From Octopus sinensis (lineage: Eukaryota), in assembly GCF_006345805.1 (NCBI RefSeq), contig NC_042998.1, positions 178,002,001 through 178,066,000 on the forward strand: a stretch of DNA of 64,000 bases, written 5' to 3'. Both the position numbers and the translations under genes were made by a program. The notes below the pieces were generated by a model. That model saw nothing but the letters and a program-made list of their open reading frames with translations, was not told the origin of the DNA and searched no databases. Below, piece after piece: positions 13,050 through 24,929 of this stretch; within the stretch, counting starts at the first letter, position 1, and each line of letters starts with the position of its first letter.

Positions 13050-13390
13050 TGAAGTGGCGTACAGATATTGTATATTGAGAAAAGGGAGTCTGTAAGAATT
13101 TTAGAAAATTCTTTATAAGCGCTTTCGTTCGTTTTTCGAACTCGTCAAGATAAAATCAAAATCAAAATGGTAAAAATAGAACGTTTCGTTTGTTCAATTA
13201 TATGAATCGGATGCTTCTTTGCTTTGTTTAGAAGGAGAGAATATTGTTTTTGTTTTTTTGTTTGGAAACAGGAAGATAGAGACAAATTAAAGCAAAGAGG
13301 GAGGGAAATAGACAGAGAGAAAGGTTCAGGACAATCAAGAAAGAGACAAAATAATAATAAAGGATGGGGAAAAGTATAGATATGCTGATA
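13050..13390 (-). mobile_element. Inverted copy of the PLE pseudo-LTR at 16050-16400
   Basis: Reverse complement of 16050-16400 over ~330 bp. Contains a hammerhead-like motif at 13111-13155. Confidence 0.8.
13111..13155 (-). ncRNA. Minimal type I hammerhead-like motif, atypical core
   Basis: TTTAT-C-TTGACGA-GTTCG(AAAAA)CGAAC-GAAA-GCGC-TT-ATAAA. The palindrome AAGCGCTT replaces helix III. Confidence 0.6.
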
Positions 13391-13553
13391 GATTATAGAA
13401 ATAGATAGATATATAGATAGATGGCTAGATAGATAGATAGATAGATACATACATACACACACACACACACACATATATATAAGATATATATATATTATAT
13501 ATATTATATATAACAAAGTGGAGTTTTTAGAGTACCGCACGAGTGGAATTATA

Positions 13554-14369
13554 TACGAAAGAAGGTTTGAAAATGCAATTTAAAATATGTTTATTTACTT
13601 TACCGGTTTCACTCTTTGGAAAAAGATTGTCAAAATTAACATGTAGAAATTTGGTTGCGTTATTATGGCTGTTACAATTGCTACATTACATTATACAGTC
13701 TTTGGTAACAGGGACATGTTAAGACATAAAAAAGTTCAACAAGTTTCTTAAAATATTAGGACAAAAGATTACTTCATAAATAATCATTCTCAAGGACATG
13801 CTTAAGATAGTTTCCAGAAGGAATTGATATTGGTATTGGTATTGTATCAGTATATTCAAACATGCACAGAATATTGGTTGACACAGAGTACTACAATCCA
13901 TATAAATATACATTCTTTGGTGACAAGAGCATGTGAGAATATAAAAAAGTTTAACAAGCTCATTGAAATAATGGGCACAAATGTAATCTTTTGTGCCCAT
14001 TATTTCAATGAGCTTGTTAAACTTTTTTATATTCTCAACATGCTCTTGTCACCAAAGAATGTATATTTATATGGATTGTAGTACTCTGGTCAACCATATT
14101 CTGTGCATGTTTGAATATACAGATACAATACCCATACCAATGTAGTAATCTTTTGTGCCTAATATTTTAAGGAACTTGTTGAACTTTTTTATGTCCTTAA
14201 CATGTCCCTGTTACCAAAGACTGTATATATGTAATGTAGCAATTTGTAACAGCCAATAATTAACGCAACCAAACTTCTACATGTTACTTTTGACAATCTT
14301 TTTCCAAAGAGTGAAACCGGTAAAGTAAATAAACATATTTTAAATTGCATATTCAAACCTTCTTTCGTA
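13554..14369. repeat. ~815-bp near-perfect fold-back palindrome
   Basis: Centre ATGGGCACAA-ATGTAATCT-TTTGTGCCCAT near 13985. The arms differ mainly by small indels plus a ~60-70-bp block (~13772-13835) present only in the left arm. Confidence 0.9.
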
Positions 14370-14370
14370 C

Positions 14371-14419
<49 letters not shown>

Positions 14420-14469
14420 AAGAAAGAGAGGTTTCTTTTAAATTTGATGTGGTCAACTTATTAAAATAT

Positions 14470-14838
14470 CATTACAAAGCATTGTTCTATTTTCACCTTT
14501 CTTTGTTTATTTTTTTCCATTGTATACCTATCAACATATTTGTAAATAAACACATTCTCTCACAAAGGCTGGTTACCTTTCAAAGATGTCAATTTTAGGA
14601 AATAGGAAAAAATAAGAAAAGGGAGGACGGTGCGGCCATCACTGAAAAATAAAAAGAATTCAAAGTTCAAAGTCCTATGAAAATGTATGTTCCTTTAACT
14701 TGTATAGTCAATTCCTGTATTCTGTGTAATTCCATGTTTTGCATGGACAAACATCAAATATTAGTATTAGGAAAATAAAGGCGGAATATAAAAATATAAT
14801 TTGGTACTGTTTATAATTCAATCTATTCTCTATGTACA
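14470..14838 (-). repeat. Inverted copy of segment 19228-19590
   Basis: For example, GGCGGAATATAAAAATATAATTTGGTACTGTTTATAATTCAAT is the reverse complement of 19246-19288. Confidence 0.85.
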
Positions 14839-15222
14839 TTTAATCAAATGAGTTTTGTATGTACAATGTATATTTAGCTGGAAGCCACTCTGTAGGATAT
14901 AAATCAAAATATAGCAGGGTTGCTTAAAAATAATTTTTGAAGTATCTTTCATCCTTTTTTAGGATTTCTTTTTCTTTTTCTTGCTTGCTTGAGTAGGATA
15001 ATTCACAAGAGATCCTTTACACGAATTGCTTTGCGAAGTAGCTACATTAGATATCTTTTCTAATCAGTGGTGAATTAGTTCTGGTATTATTTCTCGGGTA
15101 AGTTCTATAAGATCAACAGTTGTCAAAATCCCAATGTTATACATACATACATACATACATACATACATACATACATACATACATACATACATGCATACAT
15201 ATATATATATGCAGAATCTGCA

Positions 15223-15586
15223 TGACGTCCCGTTCTGCTTGACTAACGAAGCGACTGGTCAAAACAGGAAACAAACAAGAGGCAGTTATAATGCAGCGAT
15301 TGGTCAAAATAATGATGACGTCCCGTTCTACTTGACTAACGAAGCGACTGGTCAAAACAGGAAACAAACAAGAGGCAGTTATAATGCAGCGATTGGTCAA
15401 AATAATGATGACGTCCCGTTCTACTTGACTAAAGCACCCTAACGAAACGATGGTCAAAACGTGATGACGTCACGCTACGCTGGATTGACCACCTAACAGG
15501 CATTATAAAACGAGCACTTCACAAAAACTCATTAGAACCACCCAGCGAACATCCACCATGGGTCATCACATTTGCTTAAGGTAAAA
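15223..15586 (+). promoter_or_regulatory. Pol II promoter-like module: 93-bp tandem repeats with CRE-like and CCAAT sites, TATA box, Inr, Kozak ATG and splice donor
   Basis: TGACGTCC at 15223, 15316 and 15409. Perfect TGACGTCA at 15465. ATTGG at 15299 and 15392. TATAAAA at 15504, TCATT at 15529, CCACCATGG with ATG at 15558, AG|GTAAAA at 15580/15581. Confidence 0.45.
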
Positions 15587-15980
15587 ATGAATTCCTCGCT
15601 CTTTCGGAAACATCAATCTTCTGTATTGACCGCTTCCCACCACTTTGATCTGTTTTTGTATTGAATACGTATCGCCACAGTGGGCCACTGCATCGAACAC
15701 TTTGAACATATACTTCAAACTATATATCAACTATACATGAACTATTTCAACTTACATGAACTATATATCAACTATACATGAACTCTAAGATGTCTGACTC
15801 CGTTTGTATTATAAATGAATTTCTTGTGTTGACGGCATGAGCTGTCTTTTTTTATATATAACTTTTTTTGATAAAGTTCATTTCAGGAACTGAACATGTT
15901 ATAATGTATATATAAAAATTAAAAATTGTATAATACAGCAGCATTTTCGAACTTCATTTTTTACAAATATATAATATTAT

Positions 15981-16026
<46 letters not shown>

Positions 16027-16049
16027 AATTTATAGAAATGACTGTCAGG

Positions 16050-19000
16050 GTTTAAATTCCCCCACCTTTTATTATTTTTCTCCTCTTTCTTGATTGGCCT
16101 GAAACAGCTCTCTCTGTCTATTTCCCCTTCCCTTTGCTTTTCTTTCTCTCTCTTTTGCTTTTTCTAAAATAAACTAAAATAAAATAAAACAAACAAAAAC
16201 AATATTCTCCTTTTCTAAACAAAGCAAAAAAGCTTCCGATTCATATAAATGAGCAACGAAAAAATTTCGTTTTTAGCATTTTGATTTTGATTTTGTCTTG
16301 ACGAGTTCGAAAAACGAACGAAAACGCTAATAAAAAATTATCCAAAATTCAGACAGCCTTCTTTTTCTCAATATACAATATCTGTACACCACTTCAAATA
16401 CTCTATACTTATCTATTTGGATGTACAATACGTCAGAATGAATGGATCAGAATCAAACTCACAACCGAGAGATACCAAAAGCACGGAAGAATTCCCCGCA
16501 GAAATATCTAGTAAGTTGAATCTACTTATCTCAAAACTTGACACAGTTTTTATCACTACAGATAAAACTATGACTAGTACTCATACACAAGGTACTCTAA
16601 CAACAGGAACGAACGACACAGACCCTACTCATGAACCATGCCTATCTAAAAGAAATACTTACGAGAAAGAAGCAAGAATTGGTATACAACAGCAAAATCT
16701 TTTGAAACTACAACTCTGGAACATACTTCTAGATCAAAGTAAAAATGCAAATTAGAAAAGCATTCGGTGTGACAATATAGCCAACACCTACCAAAATTGG
16801 CGAAGAAAAGAAAACCCAATCCTTCCCAGAAATTTTCTTATTAAAGAAATTAGAGGTGAATCACTGAAACAAGCGACGATACGTGCAAACTTAGCTTTAT
16901 GCCGACTGGAAGCGGACATTTCTCTTCTCCAATCGCGAAAAATATGACACGAAGAGAAAGTAAAAACGATGCAGTTATGTTTGCTAAAGTCACCTAATGA
17001 AGTGACAATCGAAGTCATGAGAAATTACAACTATGGAAAGAAGGCATTTAGCTGGGAGAAGAAAAATCCATAAAAAGTGGGAAAAACAACAAGAGTAGTT
17101 CACTAACTATATATAAAAAAACTATGGAGAAAAATTCATTATGAAAACGAAAGCACAACAACAAAAATACAAGGAAATCAAAAACAAGCATAGACACCGA
17201 CCTCAGAGGAACCAGATTGAGGTTACGAACCTCTAGTTATCCAAGAACATATGCGGAGATGACCTCCAGCTTATCCCAAGTACAGACTAGAAACCTATAT
17301 TCTGCAATACCAAAAAAACACTGAAACAAACAAACACATGTGATATAGGAGACAACCACCAACCCATAATATCAAAGACCCAAGATAGACGAATACATGA
17401 GGAAAAGAAAGGAAAGATGAGTAACATGCAGACAACCACCAACACATAATACCAAGTACCCTAGATGGATGCATACACAAAAAGAAAGACAAGTAAAATA
17501 CGGACAACACAGAAACCATAATATGAATAATCATCATGGAAACTGAAGAAACCCACGATTTACGACCAACAATTCCACACGTCCTGAATGGCCCACTAAA
17601 CTTAGAAGATGGGAAGAAGACAGAAACTATAGACAATGAAATACGTACAAAGAACATGAACCATCCCCTCACCTACGAGGGAACCAGAATCATGGAAACA
17701 ACAAAAAATGGAAACACAATAATACAATTCCTTTTTTAGGGATAAAATACCACAATCACGCACCAGATCCGATGCAACAGAAAATTTTAATGAGTACATA
17801 GAACATATAGACCTAGGATCATTAATTTGTTAAATAGAAACCTCAAAAAGAATGGGATGAATCTCCTATGTAAAGGTTTCAAATTTATCCCAACACCCAT
17901 CCCCAATCTCATTCAACTAAAATCTGACATTGAGCATTTTAACCGCCACCTCTGACTTATAGAATTCTTCGGCAATAAGGATATAACTGACGAATCAATT
18001 GTCAGAAATAAATCGCACTTCACCCCCTACAAGAAGAATGAGAAACATTTAGACGCATACATAGACACAATTTAAAAATTTCTCTAAAGTACCAATATAT
18101 GCAAAAAAAAAAAAACCTTCGTGAAGAAGAAAAGTAACCTTACTAACACTGAAGAATGACAATTCAATCATCGTAAAAGAAGCCGATAAGGAAGGGGCGA
18201 TAGTAATCATGGATAAAGATAAATATTGGAAATTCTAACAAACCAAACCTGCTACAAGGAATAACCAAGACACCCGGAAAAACCAATAAGGAATAAACTT
18301 AAAACACTAATTAATGAATACCAAGATTCTTTCACAGACAAGAAAGATTATTTATGCAACTCTGTAACCAAAGAGAGAAACTTCTACGTATTACCCAAAA
18401 TCCACAAAACTTCGACATACAGAGCAGCCATAAATGATCAGAGGAACCAATACATAAAAATACTAAGACCTACTGACATCAAACTGAGACCAATAGTTGC
18501 TGTACATCAACCACCAATACAATAACTGAGTCATTTTCGGCATACTCCTTAAATTTTTATGCCTATTAATATCCAGCTATATGCTGGACGGCATACATTT
18601 CCACCAGAACATTTCACCCACTGTCCCAGAAGGTACTATACTTACAAGCGTTAATGTCACCAATCTTTATGCCAATATATCCGACACTTTGGGCCTGGAA
18701 GCAGTCAAACACTAGGTAGAGAAACATAGAGGACGGATAAATGAACGATTCAAAACTGACATCTTCATTAAGGCCCCACACCTGGCACTAGAAGAAAATA
18801 CTTTTAGATTCGATAATAAAACATGTTGACAAATAAAAGGTACAACTATGGGAACGCAGTTTTCACCCTCAAATGCTAACCTAGTCATACCTAGTCATTG
18901 GATACTTGGAAAAGTTTTATGAGGTAGCAGAGAAAGCTTTTAATCCTCGATGACTGCTTTATCTTTTGGGACAAATCAAATGAGGACCTACAAATATCTA

Positions 19001-19730
19001 ATAATATACTCAACATACTTCATCCATCCATCAAATTCCCGACAGAATCTAGTTGCAATGAAATACAATTGCTAGATATCCACAAATAAATACACAATTC
19101 CATAGTCACTAAATATGTATTTTATAAAATAAAAGAGAAAAAACCCCCCAGACACGCACCGATATTAGAATTTCTACTCTTGCCATCCCTCACACATCAA
19201 AAAGAGCATCCCATACAGCATGGCAATATGTACATAGAGAATAAATTGAATTATAAACAGTACCAAATCATATTTTTATATTCCGCCTTTATTTTCCTAA
19301 TTTATGAATATTGTACTAATATTTAATGTTTGTCCATGCAAAACATGGAATTACATAGAATACAGGACTTGACTATACAAGCATAAAGGAACATACATTT
19401 TCATGGGACTTTAAACTTTGAATTCTTTTTATTTTTCAGTGATGGCCGCATATTTTTTTCCTATTTCCTAAAACTGACATCATTGAAAGGTAACCAGCCT
19501 TTGTGAGAGAATGTGTTTATTTACAAATATGTTGATAGGTATACAATGGAAAAAGAATAAAGGAGAAAAATAGAACAATGCTTTATAATAAGAAACTAAC
19601 CTCTCTCTCTATCTCTCTATCCTTTCCCCATCCTTTATGATTTTTTCTCCTCTTCCTTGATTGCCCTGAAACCTTTCTCTCTGTCTGTTTTCCTCCCCAT
19701 TGCTTTTATTTGTCTTTCTCCCCCCCAAAT
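16050..19730 (+). mobile_element. Penelope-like element with pseudo-LTRs (16050-16400; partial 19620-19730), RT decayed
   Basis: KGFKFIPTP, VKEADKEGAIVIMD, NFYVLPKIHK, LRPIVA, IKGTTMGTQF, DCFIFWDK and HPSHIKKSIPYS across frameshifts. The ORF breaks off near 19228. Confidence 0.85.
16291..16336 (+). ncRNA. Hammerhead-like motif in the PLE pseudo-LTR
   Basis: TTTTGT-C-TTGACGA-GTTCG(AAAAA)CGAAC-GAAA-ACGC-TA-ATAAAA. Confidence 0.55.
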
Positions 19731-19734
19731 AGCT

Positions 19735-20194
19735 GCAGATATTTAGAAATTTAATATTTCTGTCACGTTAAATTGACAGTATACAACTGCTCTATCGTAC
19801 GGCCACTGCTTATATCTCTCTGAGATATTTAGAAATTTAATATTTCTATTTTTTGTGATCAGTGGATTTATTTCACTGTAATTATTATATATGTTTACAA
19901 GGTCTGGACAGACATCTGCAGCTAGCAAGCCATGCTACTCCAGACTGATGACGAGAACGACTCAGAGACATGTCTCTGGATGCAGGCTTAGCTGGATGGG
20001 GGTGTTTATCTCCTCCTTGTAAACATAAGGACACAGGAAATGTGTTAAGGCCGACAGGAAGCGTTGATGCTTCCTAGGGCTAAATAGCGGTGATGTGACT
20101 CCCTTTATGGGACTATCACGTTAAGTTGACAGTATACAACTGCTCCATTGTACCACCAGTGCTTATATTTCTCTGAGATATTTAGAAATTTAAT
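19735..20194 (+). repeat. ~1.2 tandem units (~354-bp period) of a hammerhead-containing repeat
   Basis: TCACGTTAA(A/G)TTGACAGTATACAACTGCTC..GAGATATTTAGAAATTTAATAT at ~19763 and ~20117, with the ribozyme motif between the two. Confidence 0.65.
19939..19980 (+). ncRNA. Minimal type I hammerhead motif (GAAA mutated to GAGA)
   Basis: TCCAGA-CTGATGA-CGAG(AACGA)CTCA-GAGA-CATG-TC-TCTGGA. Perfect 6-bp helix I, palindrome ACATGT, GUC site. Confidence 0.7.
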
Positions 20195-20527
20195 ATATAT
20201 ATATATATATACATACCTATACATACATATTTAACAGATGAGGAATTATATACATTATTTTCATTTGACGGATATTTGTCCTCATCTTGTTTGTTGTTAA
20301 CACAACGTTTCGGCTGATATGCCCCCAGCCTTCATCAGAAGTCTTGGGGAAATTTCGAACCACTACGCCATATGCCTACAGGCAAAAGGCATAGTGGTTA
20401 AGAGCGCGGGTTACTAACCCCAAGATTCCGAGTTCAATTCCAGACAGTGACCCGAATAATAATGTTAATAATAATAATAATAATAATAATGATAATAATA
20501 ATAATAATAATAATAATGATAATAATG

Positions 20528-20632
<105 letters not shown>

Positions 20633-20652
20633 TAATAATAATAATAATAAAA

Positions 20653-22814
20653 GGATTGAACAAGCACCTGGACGAAAACATTGAACAAGCACCTGGAGGA
20701 AAAGATTGGACAAGCACCTGGATAAAAAGATTGAACAATCACCTGGACGAAAACAACCTGTTTCCAGAAGAGCAGAAAGGATGCCGCAAAGGCTCATATG
20801 GCTGTAAAGATCAACTAATGATTAATAAAGCCATAACTGAAGACAGCCACAGAAAGAAGAAAGGCCTCAGTATGGCCTGGATCGACTACAAAAAGGCGTT
20901 TGATAGCATCCCCCACACATGGATTCTCGAAACACTAGCCGTGAACAAAGTCGCACCAACAATTATAAAGTACACAGGACACTCTATGAATAGATGGCAA
21001 ACAGTGCTACAGCTCCAAACAAAAGAGGCACTTGTGAAAACCAAAGCCATCCCCATTAGAAGAGGAATATTCCAGGGAGATATACCCCTTTTCTGCTTGG
21101 CACTGTCACCTCTATCGGATATGCTAAACAGAACTGGATGCGGATATAAATGTTACGGCAAAACGATCAGCCACCTTTTATATATGGATGACCTAAAACT
21201 ATACGCTGCAAATGACAAACAGCTGGAAACGCTACTAAAGACAGTTCATGGATTTACCAAAGAAATAGATATGAAATTTGGATTAGAGAATTGCGCCAAA
21301 GTAACGCCGAAAAGAGGGAAATTAATTAAGAGTAGCAACATCACACTAGATAAAACCAATGAAATAAAAGAATTAGACCAAAGCCAAACTTACAAATACT
21401 AGGAATCCATGAACTAGATAAGACACAACACACACAAATGAAAGAGAAAATAAAAAAAAGAATATTATAGAAGAGTTAGATCAATACTGAAAACAGAGCT
21501 CAATGCTAAAAACAAGATAATAGGTATCAACACTTTAGCCGTCCCAGTTATAAGTTACAGCTACAATATCCTTAACTGGACACTAAATGAACTGACAAAA
21601 ATAGATAGGAAAACAAGAAAAATAATGACAGGATCTAAGATGCATCACCCAAAATCTGACATAGAAAGACTATATATACAACGTATAGAAGGTGGTAGAG
21701 GCCTTATATAGCTGGAAAACTACTATAAAATAACCACCATAGGACTGCAAAAATATCTACTACAGAAGGAAGGAAAACTGATACAAATAGCGGCAAAACA
21801 CGAGCAAAACAAAAAACTGTTCTCAGTATTTAAGGGAGCTGACAAATACAAACAAGAAATCATACCACCTAACAAATATGAAGAAGAAGAAGATGAAGAA
21901 ACAACAAAAGCTATAAAACAAATGAAATCCAAACTAAAAATAGAACAGCAACGAACCATGATAAAACGATGGCAAGAAAAGCCCCTTCATGGCAAATACT
22001 GGACTAAACTAAATGCAAAAGAAATAGACAAAGAAAAATCCCAACAATGGTTGAGAAGCTCAGGACTCAAAGCAGAGACAGAAGGATTTTTAATTGCAGC
22101 ATAAGACCAAAGCCTCCCCACATGTAATGAAAAGAAATATAACAAGTAACAGCAGAATATGTGGAGATGGACAAGAAACAATAAATAATATTATCTCTGG
22201 CTGCCCAGTCCTGGCTAAGAAGGAATATATTCACAGACACGACAGAGTTGGGAACTATATACACTGGAAACTATGCCAACATTATGGAATAACAACAGAA
22301 AAAAGATGGTATAGTCACACACCAGAAAAGGTCTCAGAAAACGAGAAAGCAACCATACTCTGGGATATGCCAATACACACAGACAGAGAAATTAAGGCCA
22401 ACAGACCAGATATAGTTGTCAGAGATCATGAAGGAAAAAAATGTTTTCTAATTGATGTATCAATACCAGCGGATGACAACGTGTCTCTAAAAGAAATGGA
22501 GAAACTTTCAAAATACAAAGACCTGGAAATAGAGGTAACCAGAATGTGGAATCTAAAAGCAGAAAGAATTCCTATCATAATAGGTGCATTAGGCATGATA
22601 AAAAAATATTCAGACAAATACATAACAAAAACACCAGGACTTACAAACACATATAACGTACAGAAAATTGCACTACTAGGCACTGCACACATCCTACGCA
22701 GAACACTCTCCATACAATAACAATCAGAGCATCACAACAAATCACAGCACATACCCAAAGCACACAGAGCTGCGCTCGGTAGTGAAGTGAAAGCACGATA
22801 TAAAAAATATACTA

Positions 22815-22817
<3 letters not shown>
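20653..22817 (+). mobile_element. R4/Dong-clade RLE non-LTR retrotransposon, 5'-truncated copy 1
   Basis: RT motifs EQKGCRKG, WIDYKKAFDS, RGIFQGD, LLYMDDLKL. CCHC-like region then RPDIVV..LIDVSIP..KLSKY (restriction-like endonuclease). The 3' UTR ends directly in (AAT)n. Stops and frameshifts are present. Confidence 0.88.
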
Positions 22818-22848
<31 letters not shown>

Positions 22849-22890
22849 TAATAATGATGATGATGATATAATAATAATATAATAATAATA

Positions 22891-22985
<95 letters not shown>

Positions 22986-23025
22986 TAATAATGATGATGA
23001 TAATAATAATATAATAATAATAATA

Positions 23026-24250
23026 ACAAGGCATTTACTGCAGTGATATCGCAAAGGTTGAACAAACACTTGGACGAAAACAACCTGTTTCCAGAAGAGC
23101 AGAAAGGATGCCGCAAAGGTTCATATGGCTGTAAAGATCAACTAATGATTAATAAAGCCATAACTGAAGACAGCCACAGAAAGAAGAAAGGCCTCAGTAT
23201 GGCCTGGATCGACTACAAAAAGGCGTTTGATAGCATCCCCCACACATGGATCCTCGAAACACTAGCCATTAACAAAGTTGCACCAACAACTATAAAATTC
23301 ATAGGACATTCTATGAATAAATGGCAAACAGTGCTACAGCTCCAAACAAAAGAGGGACTCATGAAAACCAAAGCCACCCCCATTAGAAGAGGAATATTCC
23401 AGGGAGATACGCTCTCTCCACTCCTTTTCTGCTTGGCACTGTCACCTCTATCTGATATGCTAAATAGAACTGGATGCGGATATAAATGTTACGGCAAAAC
23501 GATCAGCCACCTTTTATATATGGATGACCTAAAACTATACGCTGCAAATGACAAACAGCTGGAAACACTATTAAAGACAGTTCATGGATTTACCAAAGAA
23601 ATAGATATGAAATTTTGATTAGAAAAATGCGCCAAAGTAACCCTGAAAAGAGGAAAACTAGTTAAGAGTAGCAACATCACACTAGAAAAAAACAATGAAA
23701 TAAAAAATTAGACCAAAGCCAAACTTACAAATACTTAGGAATCCATGAACTAGATAAGACACAACACTCACAAATGAAAGAGAAAATAAAAAAAGAATAT
23801 TATAGAAGAGTTAGATCAATACTGAAAACAGAGCTCAATGCTAAGGAAAACAAGAAAAATAATGACAGGATTTAGGATGCATCACCCAAAATCTGACATA
23901 GAAAGACTATATATACAACGTATAGAAGGTGGTAGAGGCCTTATATAGCTGGAAAACTACAATAAAATAACCACCATAGGACTGCAAAAATATCTACTAC
24001 AGAAGGAAGGAAAACTGATACAAATAGCGGCAAAACACGAGCAAAACAAAAAACTGTTCTCAGTATTTAAGGAAGCTGACAAATACAAACAAGAAATCAT
24101 ACCACCTAATAAATATGATGATGAAGAAGAAGAAGAAGAAGAAGAAGAAGAAGAAGAAGAAGAAGAAGAAGAAGAAGAAGAAGAAGAAGAAGAAGAAGAA
24201 GAAGAAGAAGAAGAAGAAGAAGAAGAAGAAGAAGAAGAAGAAGAAGAAGA
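23026..24250 (+). mobile_element. R4/Dong copy 2, truncated at both ends and ending in an expanded (GAA)n
   Basis: ORF 23043-23618 is nearly identical to the copy 1 RT. A ~100-bp internal deletion lies near 23845. The sequence stops at the YEEEE codon run, which is expanded to ~130 bp of GAA. Confidence 0.85.
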
Positions 24251-24269
24251 TAATAATAAAATAATAATG

Positions 24270-24300
<31 letters not shown>

Positions 24301-24828
24301 TAACATCGAAAAATGCCTTAAGAATGAGAAAACCCGGTTCGAAAATTCCCCAAGACACCTGATGAAGACTGGAGGGTATATCAGCCGAAACGTGTTAACA
24401 ACAAACAAGATGAGAACAAATATCCCTCAAATGAAAATAATGTAAATAAATATATACATACATAGATATATATACGCATACACACATACTCCCCCCCCCA
24501 CACACACATATCTCAAAGTTCAACGAGGAAGATTGATTAGTTTATCATCCTCCTAGTCCGGCGGCCAATACAATTGGGAATACAATCAAATATATACATA
24601 TATATTTTTTATTATAATCCTAAGGTTGGGCGATCACAATACATATACAGAAAATTATATCAGATAAAATAAATTAAATTAAAATCACTAGTAGGTGAGA
24701 TGCTTAAAAGATTTACAATAGTTGTCGAATGAAGTAAATTTAAATGAAGTAAGGCGATTTAAAATTGTCCTCGAATAAAATAAAATAAAGCAGTTCACTA
24801 ATGATATAAAAATATAATGAAGTGAAAT

Positions 24829-24909
24829 ATCTTACGATCGTTTCAGGGAATATGCAAAGCAAAAGCTTATTCTTTCGACTTTGGTGACCGTATTTCCTTC
24901 ATCAGCGAT
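24829..24909 (-). ncRNA. Type I hammerhead motif with extended helix II
   Basis: ATCG-CTGATGA-AGGAAATA..TATTCCCT-GAAA-CGATCG-TA-AGAT. Palindrome ACGATCGT, GUA site. Confidence 0.7.
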
Positions 24910-24929
24910 GGAATTTTTAAAAGTTTAGT

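Noticed and set aside
15223-15433. 93-bp repeats as a CRISPR array
   Set aside because: Contiguous tandem units with no unique spacers, in a eukaryotic context, with no cas genes.
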